Part shown: in pieces, positions 7,796 through 18,879 of the stretch
Layout: every line of letters starts with the position of its first letter
How positions within the stretch are numbered: the first letter of the stretch is position 1
Source of the DNA: a virus
Reading direction: 5' to 3' (one strand)
Length of the DNA stretch: 64,000 nt
Virus record (IMG/VR): IMGVR_UViG_3300030688_000001
Translations under genes and position numbers: made by a program
Notes under the pieces: generated by a model
What the model was told of the DNA's origin: nothing
Seen by the model: the letters and a program-made list of their open reading frames with translations, nothing else
Database searches by the model: none

Positions 7796-8035
7796 TTATA
7801 TTCCAATTAACATTCGGTCAAAACCATCCTTTCTAAGATAGTTATAATGCTTTAGTTTTCTTGTATTCAATTTTTTACCTACATTTCGTTCCAATACTGT
7901 AAGTTTTACTCCAGCTCGTGTAACTTCCATGTTAACTACATTACCGAATGCATATATTTGTCCGTCCGTGTTAAACATCTGAACTAATTTTAAGGTTTTG
8001 TATGGCATATTTAGTTTATTGAACTTTAACTTCAT
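7796..8035 (-). CDS. hypothetical protein
   Basis: 79-aa ORF abutting the upstream gene. Confidence 0.55.
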   Translation of the reverse strand: MKLKFNKLNMPYKTLKLVQMFNTDGQIYAFGNVVNMEVTRAGVKLTVLERNVGKKLNTRKLKHYNYLRKDGFDRMLIGI

Positions 8036-9400
8036 TCAGTTTAGTCCTCTTTGTAGTTGATGTTGCTTAAATAAACCTGTATTCGCCTTAATTAAGTCAG
8101 CTGCCTCAAATGGTGAAATGGCCTGACTCGCACCAGCTTGTCTAAGGAATGCTCTAGTAATTTCCTTCTCACTACTTAATTCTGGAGCAATTCTAAGCAT
8201 TTGTTGGTAAGCATCTACTACATGATGAGTAGGAAACTTACTTATAATAGGATCAGTAGCTACAAGTTCTTGTAGTAATAATGCTCTATCCCTGTTCGCT
8301 TCAGGAGTATTAGTACTGGCACTCAATTCTGGTTTACCTTGTTTATCCTTATAACCTGAAAAGCTTTTAGTTATATTCATGAGGTCAATTGCAGACTTAA
8401 TTCTACTATCAAACTCCTCCTCTACCGCAGCTTTCTTTTCAGCAATACAAGTCATAACCGGATCTTCAGGGTCAGCCTTGGCAATCTTACTTCTTTCTGC
8501 CTTGATAGATGCATCGACCTGGGCTAACAAAGAATCAGTATCTGCTATCTTTTCTATATCTTGTTTAAACAATCCTTTAAAATAACTCTGTTCAAAATTA
8601 AGGTTATAGGCTGCATCTTCTGACTTTACGGTAGCTTCTTTAAGATATGTTACACTATTAATAAACTTATCATATAGTTCAGTTTCATTACATAGTGCAG
8701 CTAATTTAATGTTGGAATCATGAACACCTCTTTCTTCTTTTAGATTAGAGGTTTTATATAACAAATCCAAATATCCATTACTAGCATTACCATACTTACT
8801 AAATACGCTAGTTTCAAATTCATGCCAGGCAGATCTACAATCATTACTCTCAGCGAATTTTCTAAGTATATTGCAGAAGTTTTTATTTACTTCAAATTCA
8901 GCATCTAATCTATCTGCTTCAGCATCATAGGCTTGTTTTTGTAATTTACTAATATATTTTACACTCTTATCATAAGCACCAGATTTACTTAATTCATTTT
9001 TACCTACATCTTCAGTAAGTATTAGTTTAGCATAAGCTTCTTTATAAGGTCCTGGCTCCAAATATCTTGCAAATTTAGGAGCAGTTTCTTGGATTTGAAA
9101 AGAAGAGAATAGTTCTGATTCCAATTCTGAGGCAGTCTTTTCTTTTCCGCTATATATATCTTCAGCAACTTTGGCTGCATCAACTATGGGAAAATCATCA
9201 GCTTTTGAGTCTGGATGCTTCTTAAAGTGATCATAGTGCAAAGCTACATTAATAGCTTCACAACTACGCTTAATAAAGTTATGATTAAGTTCCAGTGATT
9301 TAGCAACCTTAGTAGCTGCTTCTTGAGGTGGAGTACCAGTATTTATCTCAGTAACTATCTCATGGACTGCAAATTTTACCAATTCTTCAGGTGTGCGCAT
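8036..9400 (-). CDS. putative virion (head-internal) protein with multiple K-x-A motifs
   Basis: 454 aa, helical; contains KFA, KQA, KLA, KIA and KKA motifs. Confidence 0.6.
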   Translation of the reverse strand: MRTPEELVKFAVHEIVTEINTGTPPQEAATKVAKSLELNHNFIKRSCEAINVALHYDHFKKHPDSKADDFPIVDAAKVAEDIYSGKEKTASELESELFSSFQIQETAPKFARYLEPGPYKEAYAKLILTEDVGKNELSKSGAYDKSVKYISKLQKQAYDAEADRLDAEFEVNKNFCNILRKFAESNDCRSAWHEFETSVFSKYGNASNGYLDLLYKTSNLKEERGVHDSNIKLAALCNETELYDKFINSVTYLKEATVKSEDAAYNLNFEQSYFKGLFKQDIEKIADTDSLLAQVDASIKAERSKIAKADPEDPVMTCIAEKKAAVEEEFDSRIKSAIDLMNITKSFSGYKDKQGKPELSASTNTPEANRDRALLLQELVATDPIISKFPTHHVVDAYQQMLRIAPELSSEKEITRAFLRQAGASQAISPFEAADLIKANTGLFKQHQLQRGLN

Positions 9401-9452
9401 AAAAGTGTTTGTTATATCTATATTAATATGTTATATAATTCTAGTCAATTCA

Positions 9453-10523
9453 TTAAGGCTTTACCTCCAACACATCTACATATGAAGGATATTTGCCTGG
9501 ATTCTCTAATAACATCATTTCTCTTAAGTTTTCCATTAAAGTATTATCTTCTACGGTAAGACTTACAGTTTCATTGATACCCAACTCTTTTTCTATTCTT
9601 TGAGCATTCAACCTCATTACTGCAGCCCTTTGTTCAAGTTCAAGTCTGTGTAGATTAGCATTAACATAACCTACTACAGAATTATTAAAGATAACTGATT
9701 CTTTAAGACTAGTTATGGCAAATCTCTGATCCATTAAGTTATCCACACCTGCTCCAGCTAAATAAGACTTAACCTCATCCCTTTCATCTTCAGTTAATAC
9801 TTGATGTCCCAATATACTTCTTAAACCCAGTTCTCCTAAATCATAAATACGCTTAAATGCATGATAATCAGCATCATCTATCTCTTTATTATTGGCTAAT
9901 TGTCTTAAGCAACTATATTGAACTAACTTATCTTTAGGCCAGCCAGAATAGTCAAAGAATATTAATCTTAAAGCTTCTATGAATTTAACTGGCTTATACC
10001 ATTGTTTAGCTAGTTCTATATCTGTTTTATTACCATATATACTATAATTTAACCATTTACAATTAGTCTCATTAGTCTTGGTTTTATAGAACTTTATAGC
10101 TTCTGAAATATACTCATTAGCTTCATAGTTATAGCAATGAAAGATAAGTTTTTGAACATAATCGTCATTAATCTTTTTAACCTTATTAATGTTCCAGTTA
10201 ATCATCCCTGCCCGGTTATTATTGAAAGTAACTTTTCTAACCCTATTATTAAAGTATCTTTTATCCCAAACTTTTATAAGTTGTTGATAAAGTAAGGCTG
10301 GAAGCTTGTTATATAATTGTTTAATATATATAGGTAGATCATAAGAATCTACAGGAACGATACCATTAGAAATTAAACGCTTTAAATTGCCTGAGTTAAC
10401 ACCGGGCTGGGAACAGAACTTTTCAAATCCAAATCGTTCAGGGTAAAAAGCTAATTGATATCTCCAGGAAGGGGATTGAAACTGAGTCCCCATCTTGCTG
10501 ATTGGAACTATAGGTAAAAGCAT
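9453..10523 (-). CDS. hypothetical protein
   Basis: 356-aa ORF; no family recognised. Confidence 0.7.
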   Translation of the reverse strand: MLLPIVPISKMGTQFQSPSWRYQLAFYPERFGFEKFCSQPGVNSGNLKRLISNGIVPVDSYDLPIYIKQLYNKLPALLYQQLIKVWDKRYFNNRVRKVTFNNNRAGMINWNINKVKKINDDYVQKLIFHCYNYEANEYISEAIKFYKTKTNETNCKWLNYSIYGNKTDIELAKQWYKPVKFIEALRLIFFDYSGWPKDKLVQYSCLRQLANNKEIDDADYHAFKRIYDLGELGLRSILGHQVLTEDERDEVKSYLAGAGVDNLMDQRFAITSLKESVIFNNSVVGYVNANLHRLELEQRAAVMRLNAQRIEKELGINETVSLTVEDNTLMENLREMMLLENPGKYPSYVDVLEVKP

Positions 10524-10546
10524 GATTACTATCTGATTCCATCTAA

Positions 10547-10861
10547 TTAAATACTAAATGGTTTATTATTTAGATTTGGAACTACTCCCGGTACTTGAGA
10601 TATTGGATTTTGTTGTCTGAACTGGGAGAGTAATTGGTAGAAAGGGAGTTGTTGTGCTCCTGATTGATTTTGTGGTTGTGAAGGTTGAGCTGGTCTAGTA
10701 GCTTGAGGTCCTGGTTGATTCATTGCAGGGTTAGGTTGTGACATATTACTCATTGCACCTAAAGCCGGAATTTGACCACCTTCTCCTAACGCTGCTTTTA
10801 TAAAACCATTAATATATGCATCTTCTATTGTCATATTATATATCATTTTTAGATTGGTCAT
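10547..10861 (-). CDS. small P/Q-rich protein with YINGFIKAA leader
   Basis: Shares the F/Y-I-N-G-F-I-K-A-A/S motif with 17465, 24059 and 28414. Confidence 0.65.
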   Translation of the reverse strand: MTNLKMIYNMTIEDAYINGFIKAALGEGGQIPALGAMSNMSQPNPAMNQPGPQATRPAQPSQPQNQSGAQQLPFYQLLSQFRQQNPISQVPGVVPNLNNKPFSI

Positions 10862-13079
10862 TAGAATTGATATCCATATTTGGCATCTGTTTTTTTAGGA
10901 AGATTACCAGATCTCCTAAATTATTAAATACATTTTTAACTAATTCAATTAGTTCTGGAAGTTGATCTTTGCCGAACAATTCATCAAATTCATCAGTATT
11001 CCAATAAGTTAAAAACAACATTTTACCAAGTTTATCTAGAGCCGATACAAAGTTAGGCACGTATTCCTGTATTTTATCTCCAGAATTAGTATATTTAGCC
11101 AATGCACCAATAGTCTGGGTATCGAATATTTCTTTTTGTCCTTGTTGAGCTAATTGAACTGCATGATTGATTGTACCGTCTAATTGTGCTTCATCAGGCT
11201 TAACCCCCAAACCTTGCTGTGTAGGATCTTTGGTATACCCATCACTACAATCATGCTGGTCTACCCAAGGAATGCCATAATAAGTAGGTTGCCCAGCTTC
11301 ATTACTTTCCGGAGTTTCATCTTGTAGAGTTAAAGTATGGTCACCTAACACAGATATTTTAACCATTCCTTCTCTTTTCTTATTAGGAATTAGGTCAGCC
11401 AAAACTGCCTCTGCATCCTTTTCTCTCAATCCAATATCAGTAACCATTGCAATTTTAGCTTCAAGTGGATTTGCATAAGTTACTTTTGCGCCAGCTACAT
11501 TAAGGAAGAAGTCACTACCATTTGTGTGTAAAGTTAACGGGAAAGTATTGTTCTCTCTAAGGAAACTAGTTAGATAACATAGACCACCAGGTTTGCCAGA
11601 CTTGATTTCAGACTGCTGTTTCTGACCCTCCATTCTCTGTTTATCTTGTTGTGTCTTGGAAGCAGAATAATCTATGTCAGGACGATAATAAGAACTTAAA
11701 TGTATTTTAAGCAATTTGAATCCTTTAGGAACATAGACAGCCTTATTACGATGTTCTAGTTTATCCCCTGGTTTTTTAGTAAGTACCAATATTGTTTCGC
11801 CATTGTCTTTCTTCCTAGGTTCACCACAGTTATAAGCTTTTTTAGCTTCATTATACCAGGTAGGTTCAATTTTAAGCCTTCTAATACCAGAACCATCTTT
11901 ATAGTTCTCAATGATTCTAAAAGGTTCAGTAGCTTTAAGATTCTCATTCAATAATACATAGTCATCATAGCTAGGCAAGGCTTCAGCTAATTCCTCCAAA
12001 TTCTTCATAGCCTCACTTATATCTTTAACTACTATTTGGTCCTTAATAAATATATCCTTTACATTGCAATCATAGGCCTGTCCCGGTCTAGCTGCTTGTA
12101 AATCTATAACCAAGGCTTTATCATGACCATAACCAGGTATTAATGATTCAACACTAGTTAATACTAACCCATATCTAATAGTACCTAACTCAGTTATATA
12201 TGGATAAAAACCAGTTTGTACAGGGTTGCTAAACTGCTCAGTAAACTTAAAGATACCAACTTCAGATATCTCTTCCTTCATTCTATTATCTACAATAGAA
12301 ATTCCTTTAGTAACCAGTTCTTTCTTAGTATGTTCAGACAAATCTTTAAAGTTAGTTTCGGTATCAAAGTCTATTACCTTTAATTTCTTAGGTTTAGCTT
12401 CTTTTACAATAGCTGGAACAGTCAAAGCTTCAGCAATTGCATTATCAGAATAGAATGTCCTGACAGCATCAGTAAATTCAGCATTCTTATTCATAACGTC
12501 CCAAAATGCTTCTTTAACTGAATTATCCGAGTTTTTTATATAATCTAATAAAGAAGGGATAGGGAGAAAATCTTTTTTATCTAACAAGCTCTCAGCAACC
12601 TTATCAAATACTTCTGAATTCTTTTCTTCCAAATCTTTAGCTTCAGCATAACTAATACGTCCAGTACGAGGAGGCCAGATCACATTACGCATACTAGGAG
12701 CAACAATATCTTTTTGCACATCCTCTTTACGTTGATTGCTTACACTTCCCATCCCAGTTACATCATCTTTTAAGAATAGTTCTGCAAAATCTTCAGTAAG
12801 TGGGTACATTTGTTGATTGTTCTTACTATATAGTATGTCCAAGTCTTTAATTTTTCCATCAACAAAGAAAGCAGGGACAAACATGATTTGTCCATTATTA
12901 CTCTTAAATCCAAAAACACCCACAGCTTTGGTATCGTTATCACTCTTTTTAATTAGCTGGAAGCCTACTAAGAATGGTACTAGGTTACTTAGTTTGCCTT
13001 GTAACTTATCATATGCAAGAGTAAAGAACGCTTTCTCAAAATCATCCTCAGAACTCGCTAATTTAGTTGAACTATTCAT
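10836..13079 (-). CDS. large putative virion protein
   Basis: 747 aa; N-terminal KLA and internal KVA/KEA motifs; no enzyme motif recognised. Confidence 0.65.
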   Translation of the reverse strand: MNSSTKLASSEDDFEKAFFTLAYDKLQGKLSNLVPFLVGFQLIKKSDNDTKAVGVFGFKSNNGQIMFVPAFFVDGKIKDLDILYSKNNQQMYPLTEDFAELFLKDDVTGMGSVSNQRKEDVQKDIVAPSMRNVIWPPRTGRISYAEAKDLEEKNSEVFDKVAESLLDKKDFLPIPSLLDYIKNSDNSVKEAFWDVMNKNAEFTDAVRTFYSDNAIAEALTVPAIVKEAKPKKLKVIDFDTETNFKDLSEHTKKELVTKGISIVDNRMKEEISEVGIFKFTEQFSNPVQTGFYPYITELGTIRYGLVLTSVESLIPGYGHDKALVIDLQAARPGQAYDCNVKDIFIKDQIVVKDISEAMKNLEELAEALPSYDDYVLLNENLKATEPFRIIENYKDGSGIRRLKIEPTWYNEAKKAYNCGEPRKKDNGETILVLTKKPGDKLEHRNKAVYVPKGFKLLKIHLSSYYRPDIDYSASKTQQDKQRMEGQKQQSEIKSGKPGGLCYLTSFLRENNTFPLTLHTNGSDFFLNVAGAKVTYANPLEAKIAMVTDIGLREKDAEAVLADLIPNKKREGMVKISVLGDHTLTLQDETPESNEAGQPTYYGIPWVDQHDCSDGYTKDPTQQGLGVKPDEAQLDGTINHAVQLAQQGQKEIFDTQTIGALAKYTNSGDKIQEYVPNFVSALDKLGKMLFLTYWNTDEFDELFGKDQLPELIELVKNVFNNLGDLVIFLKKQMPNMDINSNDQSKNDI

Positions 13080-13163
13080 AAATTGAAAGAAGAAGGCTTC
13101 TTATATATACTCATCTTCACTTATTATTATCATATTAGGAAAGTTATAGTTAAGCAATGTCTA

Positions 13164-14519
13164 TTATACATTAGCTAATTCACTCCTAACTTTATTTTGC
13201 ATCATTTTATTCTCATTATTCAAGTTGTCTATGTCTTTATTATGATAATGATTATAAGCACCTATAGCAGCTGTAGGGGCTCCAATAATACCACCAGCTA
13301 CTAGATATGGTTTTAAAGCTTCCCATCCCGTAGCAGGCTTAGAAGGTGCTACGGGTAAGCCAGGTTTAAAACTATCATTAATATTCTGTCCTATCTGCTT
13401 AATCTTTTGAACTGAGTTGGATTTGTCAAAGTTAATATTCTCAGCACCAGCACCTTCAATACCTTCAATAAGATTAGCTGGAGTCTTAAATACATTACTG
13501 CCTAATCGTGTTAATGCTTTTGGAAGAGTATCAAAGTTACCACTATTATCATTTTGTCTTTCAGCTATAGTCTCTGCACTACCTAATATAGCTGAAGGAA
13601 TCATTAAACTCTTGACTGGATTCCTAGTAATAAAATTGTTTAACAGAGTATTAGGATGATTTACATTCTTTTGTAATATGTTTAGAGGAACTGCATTATC
13701 TTTAGCATTACTTATCAGTTCTTGTAATTTATCAACTCCAATATTAGATGGTCGGTTTATATATTTTTTAAACAGAGGGTTGTCTACTATTCTATCCAAT
13801 ACTGATGCTTGTTTATGAGTAAGCATCTGTAATAAAGCATTTGTTCTTTCAGCTTCTTCTTTTCTATGCTTCCTAGTAATGGCATCATAAGCCATAACCG
13901 GGCCAGCAGAAAGAGCGGTAGCCCCTAATATGCTTTTAACTGGATGATTCGCCATATCTTGCATAGTACTAGAGAATATGCCTTTACCAAATTCCTTGCC
14001 TGCCTCATTATAAAGAGGACCCATTTTCTCATTAGCCTTGTCTATTAATGCTTCAGCAAATTCATTTCTAGTAGTAGGATTAGTTATATTAGATAGTGAA
14101 TCCAATACTTTCTGAGCATTAGGATTTTTATCTACACTATTTAATACACTATCAGAAGCAGAACCAAGAGCAGGACCAGCACCAGTAGCATTAAGTATTG
14201 CACTAGTTAGATGGCCTACTTGTCTACCAGTCCAAGGAGCACCACCCATTTCTAGATGACCGTGTAAAGCATTATTAATAGTCCTTCCACCTGATTCTAG
14301 AGTTGCTGAGGCTAACCCTGCTCCCAAACCTAGACCGGCAGCACCTTTCAAACCAGCTCTACTATAATCAAATATACGTCCTAATTGAGATAATACGTTA
14401 GCTTTCTTATCAATGAAATTAGTCAAAGCTTTAGTATTGGCATTCATATTACTCAAATGATAACTGCTCTTCCAGTTCTTCTGCAAATTTATGGGTCCCA
14501 AATCCTTTGGCATATGCAA
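13164..14519 (-). CDS. glycine-zipper membrane-type virion protein (putative ejection protein)
   Basis: Three blocks, each opened by KKA or KQA and carrying GxxxG-rich helices; probable start ATG 14447. Confidence 0.6.
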   Translation of the reverse strand: MHMPKDLGPINLQKNWKSSYHLSNMNANTKALTNFIDKKANVLSQLGRIFDYSRAGLKGAAGLGLGAGLASATLESGGRTINNALHGHLEMGGAPWTGRQVGHLTSAILNATGAGPALGSASDSVLNSVDKNPNAQKVLDSLSNITNPTTRNEFAEALIDKANEKMGPLYNEAGKEFGKGIFSSTMQDMANHPVKSILGATALSAGPVMAYDAITRKHRKEEAERTNALLQMLTHKQASVLDRIVDNPLFKKYINRPSNIGVDKLQELISNAKDNAVPLNILQKNVNHPNTLLNNFITRNPVKSLMIPSAILGSAETIAERQNDNSGNFDTLPKALTRLGSNVFKTPANLIEGIEGAGAENINFDKSNSVQKIKQIGQNINDSFKPGLPVAPSKPATGWEALKPYLVAGGIIGAPTAAIGAYNHYHNKDIDNLNNENKMMQNKVRSELANV

Positions 14520-16788
14520 GCCCTGGTATTGGAGATGGTCCCTCCAAACTACTAGAAGCTCCAGTATTGACAGCCTTTATTAATCTACGTTCCAGATTAG
14601 TACTATATAAGGTATGCATCCAGTCATGTTCATGTGCTGGGACATCTAATAATCTTTGCATTTCTGGTTCAAATTCAGGTTTTGTCTCATTTACCGTAAC
14701 ATAATCGATATTATGTTTCTTCAACTCATTAATTACAGTACTGGTGATTCTAGTTCCTATTGTATAGTGTAATTCAGGTATTTCCAAGTATAAACCTTGA
14801 GCCATATCAGTTCTGACCTTCTTACTATTAGTTCTAGGAGAATAGGCTTTCTCCAGTGTATGATAATTTACTATACTGTCTGGCAAGTTATTCCCTAAGC
14901 CTTTAGGATTGGTTATTTTAACATGAGTAATTAAACCTTTACTTATAATATCAAAATTACGTTTATTTATTCCACCTAATTGACTAGTTTCAAATGTATC
15001 TTTAATAGCTTTGGAGAAATACCTTCTACCTTCTCCAATACCTTTATGCTTTGTTATTTTAGCTGGATTAGGTATACCATCACTTAACACATCACCTTCT
15101 TCAACTAGCTGGCCTGATTTAACCAATACTTTCAAATCTGGGTGTACATAATATTCTTCAAGTTTTCCATTATCATGCTTAATAACTATATAATGACCTC
15201 CTTGTGGTGCTACTCTTACTTCTTCTATCTTACCATCAGAGTCAGCTATTGGGGCTTCATGGACAAATGAATCCGGGATATTAAATAATTGATTGATGTA
15301 TTTAAAGCCACCAAATTGATTAGAACCAGTTGCACTACCTCCCTTGTGCTTACTATTATGTACTATTAAGCCATTCGCTAATACAAATAAAGCATCTTTA
15401 CTATCTACTTCAATATCCCAACATTGTATTAATCCTAGATACTCTGGTTTATTGTATAGTACTACCCAATAATCATTTGTAGTAACTACATCTATAGTTT
15501 CATCAATATCTTTTAGAGGCATTTCTGTTAATACATTACTACATTCCAGGGTTTCACAAAGTATCTTATGATTCTCTGTAGCATATAGTTCAATTACTTT
15601 ATCTTTATTATCTATAAATATATATTTATTAACAGGTTGTAATCCTTGATTGAATAACCTTAGAACTTTGACTGGAGAGGTTTGACCAGCGTTATCAGAG
15701 CCAAGCACCATATCTCCGACCTTTATATCTTGAATAGCTTTAATAGAATAATCTGCCATTCTTACTAGTGTTCCTTCAGCTAAACAGTTTAACGCCCCTT
15801 GTGCTACTGGTTCTGCTGCTGAAGTACCGGCAACAACTCCAATAAAAGAATTAAGTTCAGACAAGCCTTTACCTCTGATACCCACACATAATTGACAAAG
15901 AGCACTAGAAGTTCCATCATGACTAGCTTCACAAGTTATAGGATTTCTAACTACAATCTCTTCTATGCCTTTGCTTTTTAGAATACCCAGCATACTAGAG
16001 GTAACTTCATTATTATAGTGATATTTGTCTATAGGATGAGCTAAGAACGAACCGATGTAATCATTATCATTTGTTTTTACAGGTATTCCATTATGAGTAC
16101 CACAATCATGTTCTTCTATCACCATTGTCATGTTTGCTCTAGCTAATTGCTTGCCTAAAAACCCACCTTCTGCCACTGATAATTTTGTGGCCGCGCTGGC
16201 TTGTCTCGCACCAAAAGTATGTGCCAAATATTGGGGCAAGGTTAATCCTTCAGCAAAAGATCTATCAATAATAAAATCAGTTAGAATACCGCCTTTATTA
16301 TCGTTAACGGCTACTGGGGAGAAAATAGTTTGACGATATTGTTCGGGACTCCCTCTCGCTCCGGCTTTAACTACCTTGGCTAGAGTCTTATTATCTTTAA
16401 GGCCTTCTTCTATTATTTCCTTATTTGCAGTGTCAGAAAACTTGTTGAGCAAATTTGTTAGTTCATCATCTTCTTTCTTTTTAGGTAACTTTTTATCCTT
16501 TATGCTCTTAATCTCTTTATTGAGTTCTTTAAATCTCTCATCTTTAAAGGAGGGTGGAAGCAAGTCACCTAGTCTGACAGTACTACCCAACCTAGTAGCT
16601 GATTCAAACCCAAGTCTAGTTAAATCTGATACTACTTTCTTATAACTATCTTCATTATGCTCTGCTAAATTAGAGAAGAAAGCACCTATATTCTTCTTAT
16701 CCAAATCTTTGCTTTCTATAAATGAATGAGAGTTAGCAGGAGAGTAATGCTTAAGCAGGATTTTGCCTACTGTTGTTACCTCAGACAT
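14449..16788 (-). CDS. rpoC: RNA polymerase beta-prime subunit, C-terminal part (bridge helix, trigger loop, Zn site), with mini-intein
   Basis: TTVGKILL, KAGARGS, SFAEGLTLPQY...GARQ...AEGGFLGKQL, EHDCGT, RNPITC...CQLCVG and AAEPVAQ|SKHKGG follow the order of conserved beta-prime blocks. Confidence 0.9.
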   Translation of the reverse strand: MSEVTTVGKILLKHYSPANSHSFIESKDLDKKNIGAFFSNLAEHNEDSYKKVVSDLTRLGFESATRLGSTVRLGDLLPPSFKDERFKELNKEIKSIKDKKLPKKKEDDELTNLLNKFSDTANKEIIEEGLKDNKTLAKVVKAGARGSPEQYRQTIFSPVAVNDNKGGILTDFIIDRSFAEGLTLPQYLAHTFGARQASAATKLSVAEGGFLGKQLARANMTMVIEEHDCGTHNGIPVKTNDNDYIGSFLAHPIDKYHYNNEVTSSMLGILKSKGIEEIVVRNPITCEASHDGTSSALCQLCVGIRGKGLSELNSFIGVVAGTSAAEPVAQGALNCLAEGTLVRMADYSIKAIQDIKVGDMVLGSDNAGQTSPVKVLRLFNQGLQPVNKYIFIDNKDKVIELYATENHKILCETLECSNVLTEMPLKDIDETIDVVTTNDYWVVLYNKPEYLGLIQCWDIEVDSKDALFVLANGLIVHNSKHKGGSATGSNQFGGFKYINQLFNIPDSFVHEAPIADSDGKIEEVRVAPQGGHYIVIKHDNGKLEEYYVHPDLKVLVKSGQLVEEGDVLSDGIPNPAKITKHKGIGEGRRYFSKAIKDTFETSQLGGINKRNFDIISKGLITHVKITNPKGLGNNLPDSIVNYHTLEKAYSPRTNSKKVRTDMAQGLYLEIPELHYTIGTRITSTVINELKKHNIDYVTVNETKPEFEPEMQRLLDVPAHEHDWMHTLYSTNLERRLIKAVNTGASSSLEGPSPIPGLAYAKGFGTHKFAEELEEQLSFE
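15355..15786 (-). mobile_element. 144-aa mini-intein in the RNAP trigger loop
   Basis: Starts CLAEGT; block B ATENHKI; ends WDIEVD...NGLIVHN followed by Ser; no LAGLIDADG motifs. Confidence 0.9.
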
Positions 16789-16790
16789 AA

Positions 16791-17462
16791 TTAGTGATTG
16801 CTATATAGTTCAAATAGAGAAGATTTCTTTACTATTTGAAATCTAGCAGGTGTAAGATCTAATACTTTAAGACTGCAAGAAATACCTAATATATCCGCCA
16901 TAGCTAAGTGATGATGTCCGTCAAGGATACTATCATTGAGTAACAATATATACTTATTATTATTCTTGGCTTGAAATTTATCGGCTAAAGCTTTCTTACC
17001 TAGTTTAGTCATTTCTTTCTTTATATGAGATTTAGCAGATTCGTAGTTATGTATATCTACTTTAGGTAATAGCTCACTAGTTGTCATACCATAAAGTACG
17101 AGTTTGGTATCTTTATCAGCTCCAGGAGCAAATTTTAATACATCTGCTTGAGTATCTTTGGGTAGGCTATTTACTGTAATATCAGCTACATAAGCAGAAG
17201 CAACCTTGCCAAATTCAGACTTATTCGGTTCAGGTTTAGCTATATCAGGCATCCATTTATCAATTTTTTGGTCAACCTCATCTTTAGTACGATTTGTTAG
17301 TGGCTGATTCTGTTCCTGGGCATGTAAAGCTGGTTGTTCGATTTCTTCTGTTTCTTCAGCATTAACTAGCTGGTCTAGTAAGGATGAAGCAGCCTTCTTT
17401 ACTTTTACATCCTTGGACTCTGCTGACTTTTCAAGAAATGATTGGATAACATTAAAGTTCAT
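16791..17462 (-). CDS. protein with C-terminal ParB/Srx-like domain
   Basis: ILDGHHHLAMA resembles the ParB-N I-x-D-G-H-H-R motif; N-terminal KSA, KKA and KVA motifs. Confidence 0.5.
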   Translation of the reverse strand: MNFNVIQSFLEKSAESKDVKVKKAASSLLDQLVNAEETEEIEQPALHAQEQNQPLTNRTKDEVDQKIDKWMPDIAKPEPNKSEFGKVASAYVADITVNSLPKDTQADVLKFAPGADKDTKLVLYGMTTSELLPKVDIHNYESAKSHIKKEMTKLGKKALADKFQAKNNNKYILLLNDSILDGHHHLAMADILGISCSLKVLDLTPARFQIVKKSSLFELYSNH

Positions 17463-17464
17463 TG

Positions 17465-18166
17465 TTAGATTTCTGGATTTCCGCCTGGTTCATCTTCACC
17501 ATTATCATATTCACTATCTTCTGATTTTCTATGCTTGCTATATAGATAAGCCCCTAAACCACCTAAACCTGCAGCGCCCAAACCTAATTCATAAGGAACT
17601 TTGTTGTTACTAATATGATTGGATAATACTTCAAATAAAGATTGGGGAGAAATATCATTCTTATGTAAAGCTTGTTCTGCTCCAGTTATAGCTCCATGTA
17701 TACTAGGTTTAATAGTAGTATTAGCATTTACATTATTAAATACATTACCTAATCCTTGACCAGCATAATGAGCACCTATGCCTCCACCTACTCCAAGTCC
17801 GGCAGCAGTACCTAGTCCCATGTCACCAACTGATTTACTTTTGAATAGTTTACTCAATACGGATTTGGCATCAATATTAGCTGGTTCTGGTTTACTATTT
17901 AATTTAAGTTGATTTCCTCCAAAGCCATCTAATTTAATCTTATTACTTATAGAACCTAGATTAAGTTTACTAGATGGAAAGTCAGAACTAGAAGGAGCTT
18001 TAGGTATAGCTAAATTAGAAACAGCTGCCTCTGGTATAGAAGCACCAGTAGCCTCAGTAGCACCAGTAACTTCAGGTTTAAGTACATTAGCCAATTCTTC
18101 AAATGACTTAATAGGATTTGCAGAAGCTTTAATAAATCCGTTAATAAATGCGTTATTTAGATTCAT
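17465..18166 (-). CDS. FINGFIKAS-leader glycine-zipper protein
   Basis: N-terminal AFINGFIKASA; two GxxxG-rich hydrophobic helices. Confidence 0.65.
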   Translation of the reverse strand: MNLNNAFINGFIKASANPIKSFEELANVLKPEVTGATEATGASIPEAAVSNLAIPKAPSSSDFPSSKLNLGSISNKIKLDGFGGNQLKLNSKPEPANIDAKSVLSKLFKSKSVGDMGLGTAAGLGVGGGIGAHYAGQGLGNVFNNVNANTTIKPSIHGAITGAEQALHKNDISPQSLFEVLSNHISNNKVPYELGLGAAGLGGLGAYLYSKHRKSEDSEYDNGEDEPGGNPEI

Positions 18167-18816
18167 ATACCTAGACCTTGTTGGGGTTGGGCTGATTGTG
18201 CTGGTTGGGTTGGTTGTGCAGGATTACTACCATCCATCGGCCCACTACCATAAATACCTCCACCCATCATACCTTGTTGTTGCTGTTGTTGCATCATTTG
18301 TTCTTGTTGTTGCTTCTGCTGTTCTTCTCTCTGCTTCTGTTGCTCTTCCCTATGCATCTTAGCACGTTCATATTGATGCTTTTCTTTTAATTGTTCAGTC
18401 TTCAAATGACTCTGTGTTGCCTTCCCGCCACTATGTAAATCTAATAGATCAGCTACACTTAATGTAACTGTAGTATCTTTTAACCCTCTAGACTGTTGTT
18501 TTGGGGCTAAATCATCACTTTGTCCTGGTTGTGGCTGACCTCCCTGACTCAGATCTTGCTGAGGTTGACCCTGGCCTTCTTGTTGCATTCCTTGGCCTTG
18601 ACCCATTTGTTGAGCTAATTGAGCCATCTGTTGTGGGTCTGGTTGTTGACCTGATCCACCTTGACTTGGTTGTGGAGATTGTGAAGATTGTGGAGGTTGA
18701 GGTTGTTGCCCAGGTAAACCTCCTTGTTGTTGAGCAGCAGTACTATTAGGTGATGGTATAAATGCTTGTTTATGCATCATACTACCTATTTCTTCTAAGA
18801 TTTGTCTGTAAGTCAT
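18163..18816 (-). CDS. Gln/Pro-rich low-complexity protein
   Basis: HKQA near the N-terminus; polyQ tracts. Confidence 0.65.
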   Translation of the reverse strand: MTYRQILEEIGSMMHKQAFIPSPNSTAAQQQGGLPGQQPQPPQSSQSPQPSQGGSGQQPDPQQMAQLAQQMGQGQGMQQEGQGQPQQDLSQGGQPQPGQSDDLAPKQQSRGLKDTTVTLSVADLLDLHSGGKATQSHLKTEQLKEKHQYERAKMHREEQQKQREEQQKQQQEQMMQQQQQQGMMGGGIYGSGPMDGSNPAQPTQPAQSAQPQQGLGI

Positions 18817-18879
18817 ATTAAAATTGGTATTATCTCTATTTCAAAGTTCTATCTATTATGGAGATTGATGGTAGTTATA

